This document shows positions 28,592-38,531 of a stretch of 38,531 nt of DNA, in pieces. The notes under the pieces were generated by a model. The model ran no database searches. It was not told the DNA's origin and saw only the letters and a list, made by a program, of their open reading frames with translations. Within the stretch, counting starts at the first letter, position 1. The number at the start of each line of letters is the position of its first letter. The stretch is from Craspedostauros australis (taxonomy: Eukaryota): the NCBI GenBank assembly GCA_030167865.1, contig JALAGF010004007.1, positions 1-38,531 of the forward strand, in the 5' to 3' direction. The position numbers and the translations under genes were made by a program.

Positions 28592-30733
28592 TCAGCTCTC
28601 CTGGGATAGACTTCGATACATCGCCTTTCTCTCATTCAGCCGAGCCTGGCATGTCTGAATCTCTTTGCGATCAATGTTTGAGTTCCAGAGATGGTGTTCG
28701 AACTGTCGCACTGCGGCATCGTACACCATGAAGTCATCCATGAACCACGCTATTGCCTTTCTGCGAAGGGCATTCATGTCGACGTTTTGAATGATGTCTT
28801 CTCCTCTGCCCTTGCGTTGGTTTGTGTGAACATCATGCGCATCATGCTCATCGTTGATAGAGGCCACATCGCCATCGCGAAGATTGATATCACTGAAGAT
28901 TGTGGGATGTCGCTCTTGCAGCAAGAGCAGCGAAGCTTCGTGGCATTCCGTCAGCAGTCCCAAAATCCGTGGTGAAGAGCCCTTCAGCAGGGATATCGCC
29001 CTGTAGGTGTCATCGGCAATGTACGCCATCTGGTAGGGCAAGTCAAAGACTTCTCCACCACCTTCTTCGTAGAGCAGCCTCATCCATCCCTCGAGGTCGC
29101 CCGCCAACAGCATCTTGTTCTGCGCTTCTGTCGCTGCGATCTTCCATTTGGGATAGATGCGTCTGTAATAGTGAAAGTACGACACCAGCCTATCGAATGG
29201 ATCACGGAGAATGGTGAATGTCTGCAACGTGACTTGTGTTTGGGGTTGCATGGCTTGATGAGTTGGATGAGTGTTGTGAACAGATTCGTGATGACGGTGG
29301 CGGTCGTGCGTTGAATGCAGGTTCTGCGTGTGGGAGACAGAGTTGGATTGGGATGGTCGTGACAGTTGCATGTATGGCAGCGCTACACTCCACGTGCCCA
29401 CTATGGTGGCATAGGATCGATGTGCGCAGTCATCCAATTCCTCGAACAGCTCATCTTCCTCGTCGCTATCGTCGTCACCTTCATCCGTGCGGCCTGCAGT
29501 GCTGCTGCGCTTGCCGCCACGTTCACTCCCACGAAGCTGAGGTGTGAGTTTGCGATCGCTCTTGACGTTACTACCAGTGTTGTATGTGTTGGATTGCACG
29601 AGGACACATCGCAGGACGTCTTGATTTTCATGCGTGAACTTCTGGTGCTTTCCTTCCAGATCTCGTGCATCCAGCATGTCGGTTCGAACCGTCGCGATAT
29701 TGAATTGGGACAACCACCGCAACATCGACGTGCTTCCGCTCTTGGTGATTCGGATGAAGCCCAGCATTTCGATCGTGTTCGTGGTGGATCGGTCACCAAA
29801 TTCTTGGACTTGCCTCTTCAACGAAACGTTATTTGAGGCTTGGTGGTCGTCAGGTCTCTGTGCACGAGTTTGTACGTGAAGTGCCATTTCGCTGACATGG
29901 GACCGCCTCAATTCGCTTTCGCGGTCAGGCAATCCCACATGCGATGCCCTCGCCATGGAGATGGACGGAATCGACTGAACGAGATCGCTTGCATTGTCAG
30001 CCTCCATCGTATCGCTCTTGCTGATGTCTTCGCCTTCCCTATTGACCTGCATGAAGAATGCTTGGTCCAGCTGTGTTGTCACGGGTTGATTCGGGAGATC
30101 GTATTGAATAACCTGTCTTCGTTGGACCCATTCAGGCTGCCAGGTATGGGCAACTCTATCGTACTCCGCCACAAAGGTATCTCCGTCAACGTTCTGCCGT
30201 CGTGCATGGGTGCTGGAGATGGGATCATGATGCTGCGAGCTGTGAGCAGCCTTGCTGGCAGGCCGATGATTGCCACGACCATGCTCATCAAGTCCGAGGC
30301 GTCGATTGGTGTTGGGGTCGTGGTCTTTCACAGAGGCAACGTGATTCGTTCGTTGCTGAGCCACGGGCATTGCAGCAGCAACATGACGCAACTGTTGAGA
30401 CTGCTGTTGTGCAGGGATGGCAAGATCTACCACAGCGTGCCGAAGGAAGAGGGAGATGGTCGCGCAGAAGATGAGTCTGGGGACCATCGGCTTCTTGCTG
30501 CGCCGTGATGAAGAATCTTTCGGTGTGGTGCGCGGCGATTCGCGATGTTGCCTTTGGCGCTTGCGCTGCCGATCTTGCTTGCGTCTCAACATGGTGGCCT
30601 TGTTCGACATCGTTTTATGTGGGCTTGGAGGGCGGAAGCCAGAGAGGATTGGTACTCGCGGTGGTAGTGGTGGCGGGAGCTCGAAAGGAGGCGGCAACGG
30701 TGACAACGGTGGCAATGATTTCAGCACGATCAT
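28592..30733 (-). CDS. Membrane-anchored (Golgi-type) carbohydrate sulfotransferase family protein
   Basis: 5'-PSB-like motif FIRITKSGSTS and 3'-PB motif TILRDPFDRLVSYFHY. Basic N-tail, hydrophobic anchor LIFCATISLFL and a long stem. Start is ATG 30733 or 30610. Confidence 0.85.
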   Translation of the reverse strand: MIVLKSLPPLSPLPPPFELPPPLPPRVPILSGFRPPSPHKTMSNKATMLRRKQDRQRKRQRQHRESPRTTPKDSSSRRSKKPMVPRLIFCATISLFLRHAVVDLAIPAQQQSQQLRHVAAAMPVAQQRTNHVASVKDHDPNTNRRLGLDEHGRGNHRPASKAAHSSQHHDPISSTHARRQNVDGDTFVAEYDRVAHTWQPEWVQRRQVIQYDLPNQPVTTQLDQAFFMQVNREGEDISKSDTMEADNASDLVQSIPSISMARASHVGLPDRESELRRSHVSEMALHVQTRAQRPDDHQASNNVSLKRQVQEFGDRSTTNTIEMLGFIRITKSGSTSMLRWLSQFNIATVRTDMLDARDLEGKHQKFTHENQDVLRCVLVQSNTYNTGSNVKSDRKLTPQLRGSERGGKRSSTAGRTDEGDDDSDEEDELFEELDDCAHRSYATIVGTWSVALPYMQLSRPSQSNSVSHTQNLHSTHDRHRHHESVHNTHPTHQAMQPQTQVTLQTFTILRDPFDRLVSYFHYYRRIYPKWKIAATEAQNKMLLAGDLEGWMRLLYEEGGGEVFDLPYQMAYIADDTYRAISLLKGSSPRILGLLTECHEASLLLLQERHPTIFSDINLRDGDVASINDEHDAHDVHTNQRKGRGEDIIQNVDMNALRRKAIAWFMDDFMVYDAAVRQFEHHLWNSNIDRKEIQTCQARLNERKAMYRSLSQES

Positions 30734-31307
30734 CGATCACATCAGCAATTTCGCGAAGATTCGTTCCTTCGTTTGTTCGTTGGTTCATGTGGGTATTGTA
30801 CGTTGGACGCGGGAGTCTGGTGTGGATGATGGCTCCAGATCTGTTGAGACTGTTGTTGTTGCTGGTTGTCTTCTCGCAGTTACGGTTCCATGCCGATGTT
30901 TGGGAGTTTGTCCCTGTATTGGCGCTCAGTGATGAGAACACGGCCCACGTGCCTTGCACGCTTGTGACAAAATTTATTTGAACACCGAACAAGATTGATC
31001 GATTTCACCGGTTCGTTCGTGAGCATCGCAATGACCGCTCTGATTCGTGTCAGATTCGTCGAGATAATTAATATGATGATATAATAATTTGCCCGCGACC
31101 CCAGGATGCGATATTCACAAATTGAAGCCAACCTGGCGGATGGATGGACGGATCGCCAGACACAACATTGGTTCAGCTGTGCAGTGAAGTACCCTTTTCG
31201 TCCTCCGACAACTTCGCTGGACACGCCTCCATTAGACACACCTCCAATACTTCCCGTCAATGTCGCCATGATTTGCGGTGTTGTCGACGCCCTCCGCCAA
31301 TCGCGAG

Positions 31308-32153
31308 TTAGTATCCGTAGACATCGAATTGCCACAGGGAGACGCCCCACCCGTGCTTGCCAGGCTTGCGGATGATCAACTTGATGTAACGAATGCTCTG
31401 TGCGACGTTGCTTGACTCCACCTTGGAGATGTCCAACTCATGCGTGATATGCAGCGGCAGCTTGAACTTAACTCCGGGCGATTGTCCACTCTGTGCCGTC
31501 GAGGAACAGCACGTCTTGTGAAGGGACGAATTGTACAACGTCCAGACACCGTCGTTCGCTGTTGCCGCCGCCCCGTTCATGCCATACTGCGTCGGTATCG
31601 GTTGATCGCCCGATGCCACGATGAAATAATCGTCGCTGTTGGCGGCCTCCCAATCCAGCACGATCTTTTGGATGTTCATGACGCCTCGCCCCAAATCCAT
31701 GTGCACCCAGTGCTGACCCGCGATGGCGGTGCCGTGCATGTTGGAGGCTGCCTGCCACCGATCCTTGATCCAATCCTTGCCTGGCGGATCCTGAATGAGG
31801 ACGCGCGGTGGACCCAGATTGCCGCGCACGTCCGTCGTCACGACGACGTCGGGCAGCGATCGCGAGAGGCACGTTGTGGATTGTGGTGCATGTCGCAATG
31901 CGCGTTGCGGCGTGGTGGCATTGGCATTGGCAGCTGCGGGAGGCACAGCAACGTCGTCCACGACAAAGAACTCGACGCCCAGCAACCAAAAGGCGATCAG
32001 CGACGTGATGCACAGCACGACGACCCGAAATTCCTTTCGTCTTGAGGATCCATTGCTGCTTCTTTGGCTGGGACGGCTGCTGGGCTTTGGCCGCTTGGCT
32101 TGCTTGCCGCGTTGTCTGCGGGACACCAAGGCGTCATCCGAATGCGCAGGCAT
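31308..32153 (-). CDS. Type II membrane protein with F5/8 type C (discoidin/CBM32-like) domain
   Basis: Basic N-tail and TM segment VVVLCITSLIAFWLLGV, followed by HWVHMDLG, IQKIVLDWEAA, RYIKLII and WGVSLWQFDVYG. First ATG is at 32153. Confidence 0.83.
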   Translation of the reverse strand: MPAHSDDALVSRRQRGKQAKRPKPSSRPSQRSSNGSSRRKEFRVVVLCITSLIAFWLLGVEFFVVDDVAVPPAAANANATTPQRALRHAPQSTTCLSRSLPDVVVTTDVRGNLGPPRVLIQDPPGKDWIKDRWQAASNMHGTAIAGQHWVHMDLGRGVMNIQKIVLDWEAANSDDYFIVASGDQPIPTQYGMNGAAATANDGVWTLYNSSLHKTCCSSTAQSGQSPGVKFKLPLHITHELDISKVESSNVAQSIRYIKLIIRKPGKHGWGVSLWQFDVYGY

Positions 32154-32245
32154 TGTGAAGGGATGTGTGTTATCGAGCTGTTGCGCCCACTCTTCGTTCA
32201 CAGCTGGTGGCACTCTACTCGTACTCTGTTCGCTTGTTGTGTCCG

Positions 32246-32270
32246 GTCGATCGTCGATCGTCGATCGTCG
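32246..32270. repeat. 7-bp tandem repeat (GTCGATC)3.5 in a divergent intergenic region
   Basis: gtcgatcgtcgatcgtcgatcgtcg. Confidence 0.8.
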
Positions 32271-32609
32271 TGTTGTGTCATGTCATGAGAAGCGTCATCT
32301 TGTTGATGGTCACGAGCACTTTGGTGTTGTTTGTTCCATTTTCTCGTTTGGTGCGTTTGGTCATACTCGTGACTGAATCGTTGTTGTTTGAATTCGAATC
32401 GTGGATGACAAGAAAGAAAGAGAGAGCGAAAAAGTTCTTCCGCCACCAAAGCGCGTGTTATTACGGTACAGAACAGGCCAATGCGGAGAAATGCACCACA
32501 ACAACAACTCGCTCTTCAGCAAAGTGAAGCTCAACGCCAACCACATCCTGACAATCATAATCCCAGTTGCGCCACAACGATCATTCACCTTGCCAACACA
32601 ATCAGCACC

Positions 32610-33335
32610 ATGACGACCACATCCATCCGCACGTTGCTCTTGCTGATCACCGCAATCGCCGTCTGCGATGCCCAAATCCAACTGACATCGCAACAGCTGT
32701 ACGATGGCTTGCAGATGGGCCAATTCGATGTTCTCGTCGATGTGCGACGCACCGATGAATGGGTGCAGGGCCGCATCCCCAACGCCACGTTCATCGAGAA
32801 CATGGGCTCCACCGCCGACACGACGCAGCTGGAACAGATGCTGCTGGGCTGCGAGCGCACGGCATGCCACATCGCCGTCTACTGTCGTTCGGGCGGGCGG
32901 GCCGGGCAGGCCATCACTCGGTTGATCGACGACTACGACTTTGATCCGAATCGGCTTTACAACGGTCTCGGCGTCAATGATTGGAAGAACGCCAACTACG
33001 ACCTCACGACGGACTCGGAATCGGTCGTGCCGGTGTGTTCGAAACATGCCTATCCGACGACTGATATGACGGACGATGCCGTGTGTTCGCGCGTGACTGC
33101 ACCTGGCAATGCGACGATGGCGCCGACTACATTGTCCAGTGAAGGACCCACGCAAGCGCCGGATGATTTCAATGTGACATCGCGGTGCGCTGGTGCGGGA
33201 CGCAAGTTGCAGGCTGGTCAATCGCGGTGCAATCCAGATGCGGATAGTGACAGCAATGATGGATCGGACGCGACACGCATGGTGACATCGTGGTTGTTTG
33301 CGGTGATGGCCTCATTCGTTGTTCTTGGAATGTAG
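32610..33335 (+). CDS. Secreted, possibly GPI-anchored rhodanese-domain sulfurtransferase
   Basis: Signal peptide MTTTSIRTLLLLITAIAVCDA. Rhodanese motifs VLVDVRRTDEW..GRIPNA and IAVYCRSGGRA. C-terminal S/D spacer then hydrophobic tail MVTSWLFAVMASFVVLGM-stop. The ORF is also open from ATG 32481. Confidence 0.88.
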   Translation: MTTTSIRTLLLLITAIAVCDAQIQLTSQQLYDGLQMGQFDVLVDVRRTDEWVQGRIPNATFIENMGSTADTTQLEQMLLGCERTACHIAVYCRSGGRAGQAITRLIDDYDFDPNRLYNGLGVNDWKNANYDLTTDSESVVPVCSKHAYPTTDMTDDAVCSRVTAPGNATMAPTTLSSEGPTQAPDDFNVTSRCAGAGRKLQAGQSRCNPDADSDSNDGSDATRMVTSWLFAVMASFVVLGM

Positions 33336-33679
33336 CTCGTCAAGTACTCAACAACGTGCGAACGAACAAAGGAATGGATAGTTTACGGAAGCAATGTTGG
33401 GTTGAGTGTATTGAACTGAAGATAGTACTCTAGTATAGTTTTAAGTGTAACGTAACCTTGGTTGGCATGCCAGTTCGTTGGCACTGATTATGTGATTGTT
33501 ACTGTTGCTGTTGAGGGTCTCGAGTCATGCTGATAACGGCGCTGCGGTTCTCCTTGCTGCTGCCGTTGCTCAACCATGATTGATGTATCCAACTCCTCGT
33601 TGCGTGATCTTAACGTTGCAATTGGAGTAGATTGGAATGCCTCGCCCTGGATGATCCAGTCATCCAAGCACAACTATGC

Positions 33680-34150
33680 TCATCGCGCCTTATGCGCCGC
33701 GATGACACGCTCAGCGCGGCTCAAGAAGTTGTTCTTCTCCGCAGTCGTCACGATGCCATTGCCGACATGCTCGCAGATGATCTCGTCGATCTTGCGACAC
33801 ACCGCATAGTCTTGGTCGGCGCGCACCGACGCTTTACTCATCACCGAGCTGTTGCTGAACTGCATCGCCGAGATGCTGGTAACCTTCATCGGACTCTGCT
33901 TCGCAGACTTGCGCGCGCGGCGTTGCTCCAGTTTCACCCAACGTTGATCCAACGTGCAGCTGGAGAGGCGCACCGTGGCGACTTCGTGGCACGTGTCGTT
34001 GCGCAAGAAGCGGATATCCAGGCTCTTGCCTCCGCCGCCAGGATGGCGCAGCACGATGGCGGGGCGCATCTGAAAGCGGCTGGAGTTGACGATCACTTGG
34101 GCGCCGATGGGGAAGTCGGCTTGGGTTGGGTGTTGGGTGCGGTAAGACAT
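33680..34150 (-). CDS. Small basic hypothetical protein (156 aa), N-terminal SH3/KOW-like beta pattern
   Basis: cgccATG start, codons strongly biased to C/G endings like neighbouring genes, and the pattern FPIGAQVIV...AIVL...LDIRF. Confidence 0.65.
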   Translation of the reverse strand: MSYRTQHPTQADFPIGAQVIVNSSRFQMRPAIVLRHPGGGGKSLDIRFLRNDTCHEVATVRLSSCTLDQRWVKLEQRRARKSAKQSPMKVTSISAMQFSNSSVMSKASVRADQDYAVCRKIDEIICEHVGNGIVTTAEKNNFLSRAERVIAAHKAR

Positions 34151-34822
34151 GGCGGTTTGCGTGTGTACGTATTATATGTGTGTGTGTGTGTTTGTTTGTT
34201 GAACTGGTTGGCTTCTAAAGTCAAGTGAATTGGAAATTGTGAGCAACACATCACTCTGCCAACTTTGTTTGGTTCACTTCATTTCATCGCAATCTGTCGT
34301 AATCTGTCGCAGTCTATCGAATTCTGTCAACATGTTCATGATCGCTCTTCGGTCCTGCATTCCATTGTTACGCCCATCGCTCATCTCAGCAACATGTGAT
34401 CAGAGTCGACATCCATCAACCCTACTAAGATCGCGTTGACCACGACGTTGCAGGATGATCATCTTTGTGGGTTTGGTGACAAGCAGACCTGGATCGCCAA
34501 TGAGGTTCTGCATCCGACAACAACAACAGCAACGACGGAGACGACACGACATGTTTTCGCCGAAACCGGAGAACTTTGCGTCAAATACGTGACTGAATAA
34601 TTACACAAGACTGAATCTGGAAGTAACCATGTCGTGGTATCATGCTGAGAACAACGATACTACTCCATTGTGTTTGAAAATCGCCAAAAAAAACGGCTGG
34701 ATTGATGTTGTTGACAACGTGCGCAGGAATGCACCTGCACAAGTCGCAATGGCCCCATTGAGAGATTCCATAAAAGTATCTCCTCCATCCCCATTCTGCT
34801 TACAAGCAACGGCATCATCACC

Positions 34823-36328
34823 ATGACGACGACAGCGACGACGACGACGATGACGGGATCCGCAAGCACGAAGGCCAGCCTGGTGATATGCAGTTTGGTC
34901 CTTGTTGCCATTGCAACGTGGAGCAGCGAGAGATGGATGCTGGCTCCTTTTCGCGCTCTGCAGTCAACGAATACCCTGCAGCAGTCTGCCCGCGATGCAA
35001 CTGTGTTGGATGCTATCAAAGCAGATGACGCGAGGGATGCCGCCGATGCGATTGTGGATGGGGCTGTTGTTGCAGAAACCACCACAAGCACAGTCGCAGC
35101 CACAGCTGCAGCCACAGAAACCGCCAATGCTGCCGCTGTTCCTTCAGAGACCGCCGAGCAGACGAGCGATGAAGCACCCACAGAAAGGCTGCCCGTGCGC
35201 ACGGAGACGAGGATAGACAGGTACTGCCTCGGTACGGAATACGACGAGCCGCGCACGGTGCAGTACGATCCCGATGTGACGCTCGATCTCAAGGTCCCAT
35301 TCTACGTCTACGACAACGAGCTCAACATGGCCAACATGACGTCGTGCGGCGAGCCCATCGGCAGATCGTGGTATACGTACTTCAAGCACGCCGACGACTA
35401 CTGGCTGCTGCAGAGCGCGCTGGTGCATCCCATGCGCACGCACGATCCCGAGGAGGCCAAGCTCTTCTTCGTGCCGACGTTGATGAACGCGCTGTGCGAT
35501 TCCTTCATTTGGTATAATCGATATTACTGCATCCATGATGGCAAGACGTGCTTCGATAAGACGGTGTCGCCGCATGTGGGCTTCGACTGGGTCGATCAGG
35601 CGCTGGGGCGCTCCGAATACTTCCAACGATCCAAGGGCGCGGACCACATCCTCGTGCTGTCGCATTACTTGACGCAAAACATCGGCCCGTTCTTCATGGA
35701 CCTGGAGAATCTGATGCTGTGCAACCGCATCACGTTCCACAACTTCGCGCAACGACGTGAGAACAGCCAACTACCCCCGCGCTTGGAAATGCCGCATCTC
35801 TACATCGCCAACAAGGACGGCTGCAAACCCACAACGCCGGGCCAAAAGAATGCCGATTTCGCCATGATCGCCAGCCTCAAACCGCACGATCCCAACTTCC
35901 GCGATCGCAGCAACGTCTGCAACTGGCTCAAGGACGGCAACTACTCCTACGACGTCTGCGGCAAAGGCGACATGTGTCCCTACCTCGCCGACGCCAAATT
36001 CGGTCTCCACGTGCGCGGCGATGACGTCGGCGCCCACCGCCCCTTCGAAACGGTCGCCAGCGGCACGGTGCCCCTCTTCACGTTGATGGAACAGTACGAC
36101 CTCATGCCGCCATTCGCGCCGTTCGAGGAAATGAGCTTCTTCGTCAACGTCTCGACGCCGGAGACGTTCCATGCGTCGTTGCAGGCCGTGCTGGCCGTGT
36201 CGGACGAGGAATACAATGCCAAGTTGGCCGCCATTGCGAAGTACGCCAACTTCGTTGACGTCAAGACGGGGGTTCCCTTTGATGCGTACATGACACATTT
36301 CGCGCGGGGGTTGAAGTTGCAAGACTGA
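34823..36328 (+). CDS. Exostosin-family glycosyltransferase (GT47), type II membrane
   Basis: TM segment LVICSLVLVAIATW and an A/T-rich stem, then VPFYVYD, RTHDPEEAKLFFVP, FQRSKGADHILV and AKFGLHVRGD..RPFETVASGTVP. Confidence 0.92.
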   Translation: MTTTATTTTMTGSASTKASLVICSLVLVAIATWSSERWMLAPFRALQSTNTLQQSARDATVLDAIKADDARDAADAIVDGAVVAETTTSTVAATAAATETANAAAVPSETAEQTSDEAPTERLPVRTETRIDRYCLGTEYDEPRTVQYDPDVTLDLKVPFYVYDNELNMANMTSCGEPIGRSWYTYFKHADDYWLLQSALVHPMRTHDPEEAKLFFVPTLMNALCDSFIWYNRYYCIHDGKTCFDKTVSPHVGFDWVDQALGRSEYFQRSKGADHILVLSHYLTQNIGPFFMDLENLMLCNRITFHNFAQRRENSQLPPRLEMPHLYIANKDGCKPTTPGQKNADFAMIASLKPHDPNFRDRSNVCNWLKDGNYSYDVCGKGDMCPYLADAKFGLHVRGDDVGAHRPFETVASGTVPLFTLMEQYDLMPPFAPFEEMSFFVNVSTPETFHASLQAVLAVSDEEYNAKLAAIAKYANFVDVKTGVPFDAYMTHFARGLKLQD

Positions 36329-36645
36329 GTAGAGGAGGTTGTGTGGTGTGTATGTGATACTGTAGGTACATATAATGAACATATTAGTAGCAGTAGGAGT
36401 GGACTTTCGCTTGATTCGTTATATTAGACGTAAAATGAAAGTACAGAAGTAGTTGTTCGCGAGTGCGACAACAGACATCGAACAGATGCCGACGCAGAAA
36501 GCGAACACGACAACGCACAAAATCATCATCATGAGAGAAAGGCACCACCCACCAATTCTCGCAGAATCCGCAACAACGAGAAAGGCAGGAAGCGCGCCAA
36601 AGTGCCATCGGATTGCATCGTGGATCATCTTCGCAGAAGCAGGTC

Positions 36646-36687
36646 GCACAAGTGCAGCACAAGTGCAGCACAAGTACAGCACAGTAC
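36646..36687. repeat. 11-bp tandem repeat (GCACAAGTGCA) x3-4
   Basis: gcacaagtgca gcacaagtgca gcacaagtaca gcacagtac. Confidence 0.8.
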
Positions 36688-36790
36688 GAGGCAAGGGTGA
36701 CACGGACAGAGGGAGCAGCGACGATACCAGGTGAGGCAAGCAGAGGGGCACAAAAACGCAAGTCTCAGCAACAAAAGAAGGCACCGCTGA

Positions 36791-38531
36791 CAGCAAGAGC
36801 CACGATTTCCCCCTCTCCCTCTCTATTCTCGCTGGGCCGTCCCATCTGCCAAGCTGACGTCGTCTTCGACTCGAACGACGTGGGTCGGCGTCGTGCTTCT
36901 GTGCACGTCCCTGCCGCTCGTCGTTGCGTTGGCATCGCTGTTGGCTCCGCTCGGTGCAAGATCGTTCGCAGCACTGCGGGCCGCATCGGTCTCGGAATTC
37001 GCGCCGGCCTTGGAGGAAGTCTTGGCCTCCGAACTGGATCTGCTGGACGCGTTTGAGATCCAGGCCAAGCAGATCCCGCGCAGGTCGCAGCAGGCGCAGA
37101 CCGGCATCGTCCTGCAGTGCAATCCGGCCAATTCGAGGTTGCAGCAGTTCGTCCAGCCGACTTGGCAACGCCAGCGCCATCTGCCGCATTTGGCGCATCA
37201 CGACTTCATTCCCACAGCTTCCACGGTCCATTCCGCACATATCGGTTTCACCGCAACTCCCCATCGATTCAACACGTGCGAAGGCGGCAACAACATTGCG
37301 GAGCCTCCTTATACCAACAATTATATCAACAATCAAGCAGGTGCAGAGATTGCAACTCACGGGCACGAGAAGCCAAAGGCGATCGATCTGGCCAAGATCC
37401 TGCGCACGCACAGCAGCATGGCGAGCCTCACGCCCCTCACGACGAACGACCGCGACGACAAGTTCTACAAACGCCTGCAGCGAAACTACGAGACGGTGCA
37501 AGCGTGGGATGCGAGTCCCGAGCTGCTGCAGCAACGCCGCGAGGAGCTGCCGTGGGAGTTCCTGCGCACGGGCCATGGCATGCCGGACCTCGATGGCACC
37601 GTCGCCGAGCAGCACAAGGGTCATTCGCATCTGGTCGCGCTGCAGCGCCTCGTGCGGTGGTTCCAACAGTCCATGACGTGGGTCAACACGCCGCCGTGCG
37701 TGGATTGCGGGTCGGCCAACTGCAAGCTGGAGAAGATACGCGGCCCCGTCACGCAGGAAGAGCGCATGCATCAGGCCAACCGCGTCGAGGTCTATCGCTG
37801 CGGCGACTGCAACTCCACCAACACCATCTTTCCAAGGTACAACAACGTCACCAAACTCTGCGAAACGCGCAAGGGCCGTTGCGGGGAGTACGCCAACCTA
37901 TTCGGCCTCACGTGCCGCGCGGCGGGATTTGAGACGCGCTACGTCCTGGACGTCACGGACCACGTCTGGACGGAGTGCTACATTCCCTCGTTGGAAGAGT
38001 GGGTCATGGCCGACGGCTGCGAGGGCATCATCAACGAACCCGGCATGTACGAACACGGCTGGGGCAAGCAGGGTCTGTGCTACATGATCGCCATGGGCAT
38101 CGATCACATCCTCGACGTCACACCACGTTACACGCGCAACTTCCTGACGCCCGCATTGCAGGCCGCGCGCCGCAATCACACGTCGTCCGAGTTGGTCAGC
38201 ACGCGGCTGCTGGATCATTTCAACGCGACCTTGCAAAACAATTTGACGCAAGCGCGGCGCGATGAGCTCCACGTGCGGCGGCAACGCGAGATGCGGGCCC
38301 TGGAGGTGTGCCAGCAATCGACGGCGTGGGATCGGCAGCAGCAGTACAATTTGGGACGCATCAGCGGATCGCTGGAGTGGAAGCAGTCGCGGTCGGAAGA
38401 TGGGGGCCAGGCCTCGCACGAGGATGAGGATCACGGTGCGAAGATTTACGGATTTCAAGTCGAATCCTTCGTGCCGCAGCAAATGATGACGGCGGAATCC
38501 AAAAAGACCATCACGTTGTCCGTGCATCATC
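36791..38531 (+). CDS. PNG1: Peptide:N-glycanase (PNGase, transglutaminase-like); 5' end uncertain, 3' end truncated
   Basis: Not in the ORF track because there is no stop in the window. Manual translation gives WFQQSMTWVNTPPCVDC...RVEVYRCGDC...FPRYNN..KLCETRKGRCGEYANLF...RYVLDVTDHVWTECY...WVMADGCE...MYEHGWGK...DVTPRY. Two CxxC Zn sites and the Cys/His/Asp triad are present. The frame is open from 36791; first in-frame ATG is at 37418. Confidence 0.93.

Noticed and set aside
36696..36792. TGA read-through (selenocysteine or recoding) to extend PNGase upstream
   Set aside because: Two in-frame TGAs would need read-through, with no redox motif or visible SECIS. All other genes use standard stops, so splicing is the simpler explanation.
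36419..37771. 450-aa minus-strand ORF (and 37898-38530)
   Set aside because: Antisense shadows of the GC3-rich PNGase frame; no motifs.
36924..37932. Plus-strand ORFs of 250 and 271 aa
   Set aside because: Alternative frames over PNGase with R/S/A-rich composition typical of off-frame translation.

Overview
Gene-dense, intron-poor eukaryotic nuclear DNA. It is most consistent with a diatom or related stramenopile with a complex plastid: several proteins carry a signal peptide ending in A-F or A-W followed by a transit-like segment, R-x-L propeptide-like motifs recur, and one gene has GT-AG introns. About 18 protein-coding genes are supportable. In order: a truncated secreted protein, Nar1/CIAO3, a plastid PfkB sugar kinase, an ankyrin/coiled-coil/Q-rich protein, a plastid WD40-like protein, a secreted Cys-repeat protein built from two duplicated modules, a CK2-beta homolog with an apparent signal peptide, a stand-alone STAND ATPase, a Lys-rich protein, a single-pass membrane protein, a 3-exon plastid DUF179/AlgH protein, and a bacterial-type TadA. 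A ~10 kb block follows, enriched in glycan and sulfur functions: sulfotransferase, F5/8C-discoidin protein, putative GPI-anchored rhodanese, a small unknown protein, GT47 exostosin, and PNGase (truncated). I saw no rRNA, tRNA, CRISPR array or recognisable transposon. The best candidates for something new are the duplicated C-x5-C repeat surface protein with its upstream ~75-bp degenerate repeat, the signal-peptide CK2-beta, the effector-less STAND ATPase, and the sulfated-glycan gene block. All family calls come from reading motifs by eye; no searches were run.
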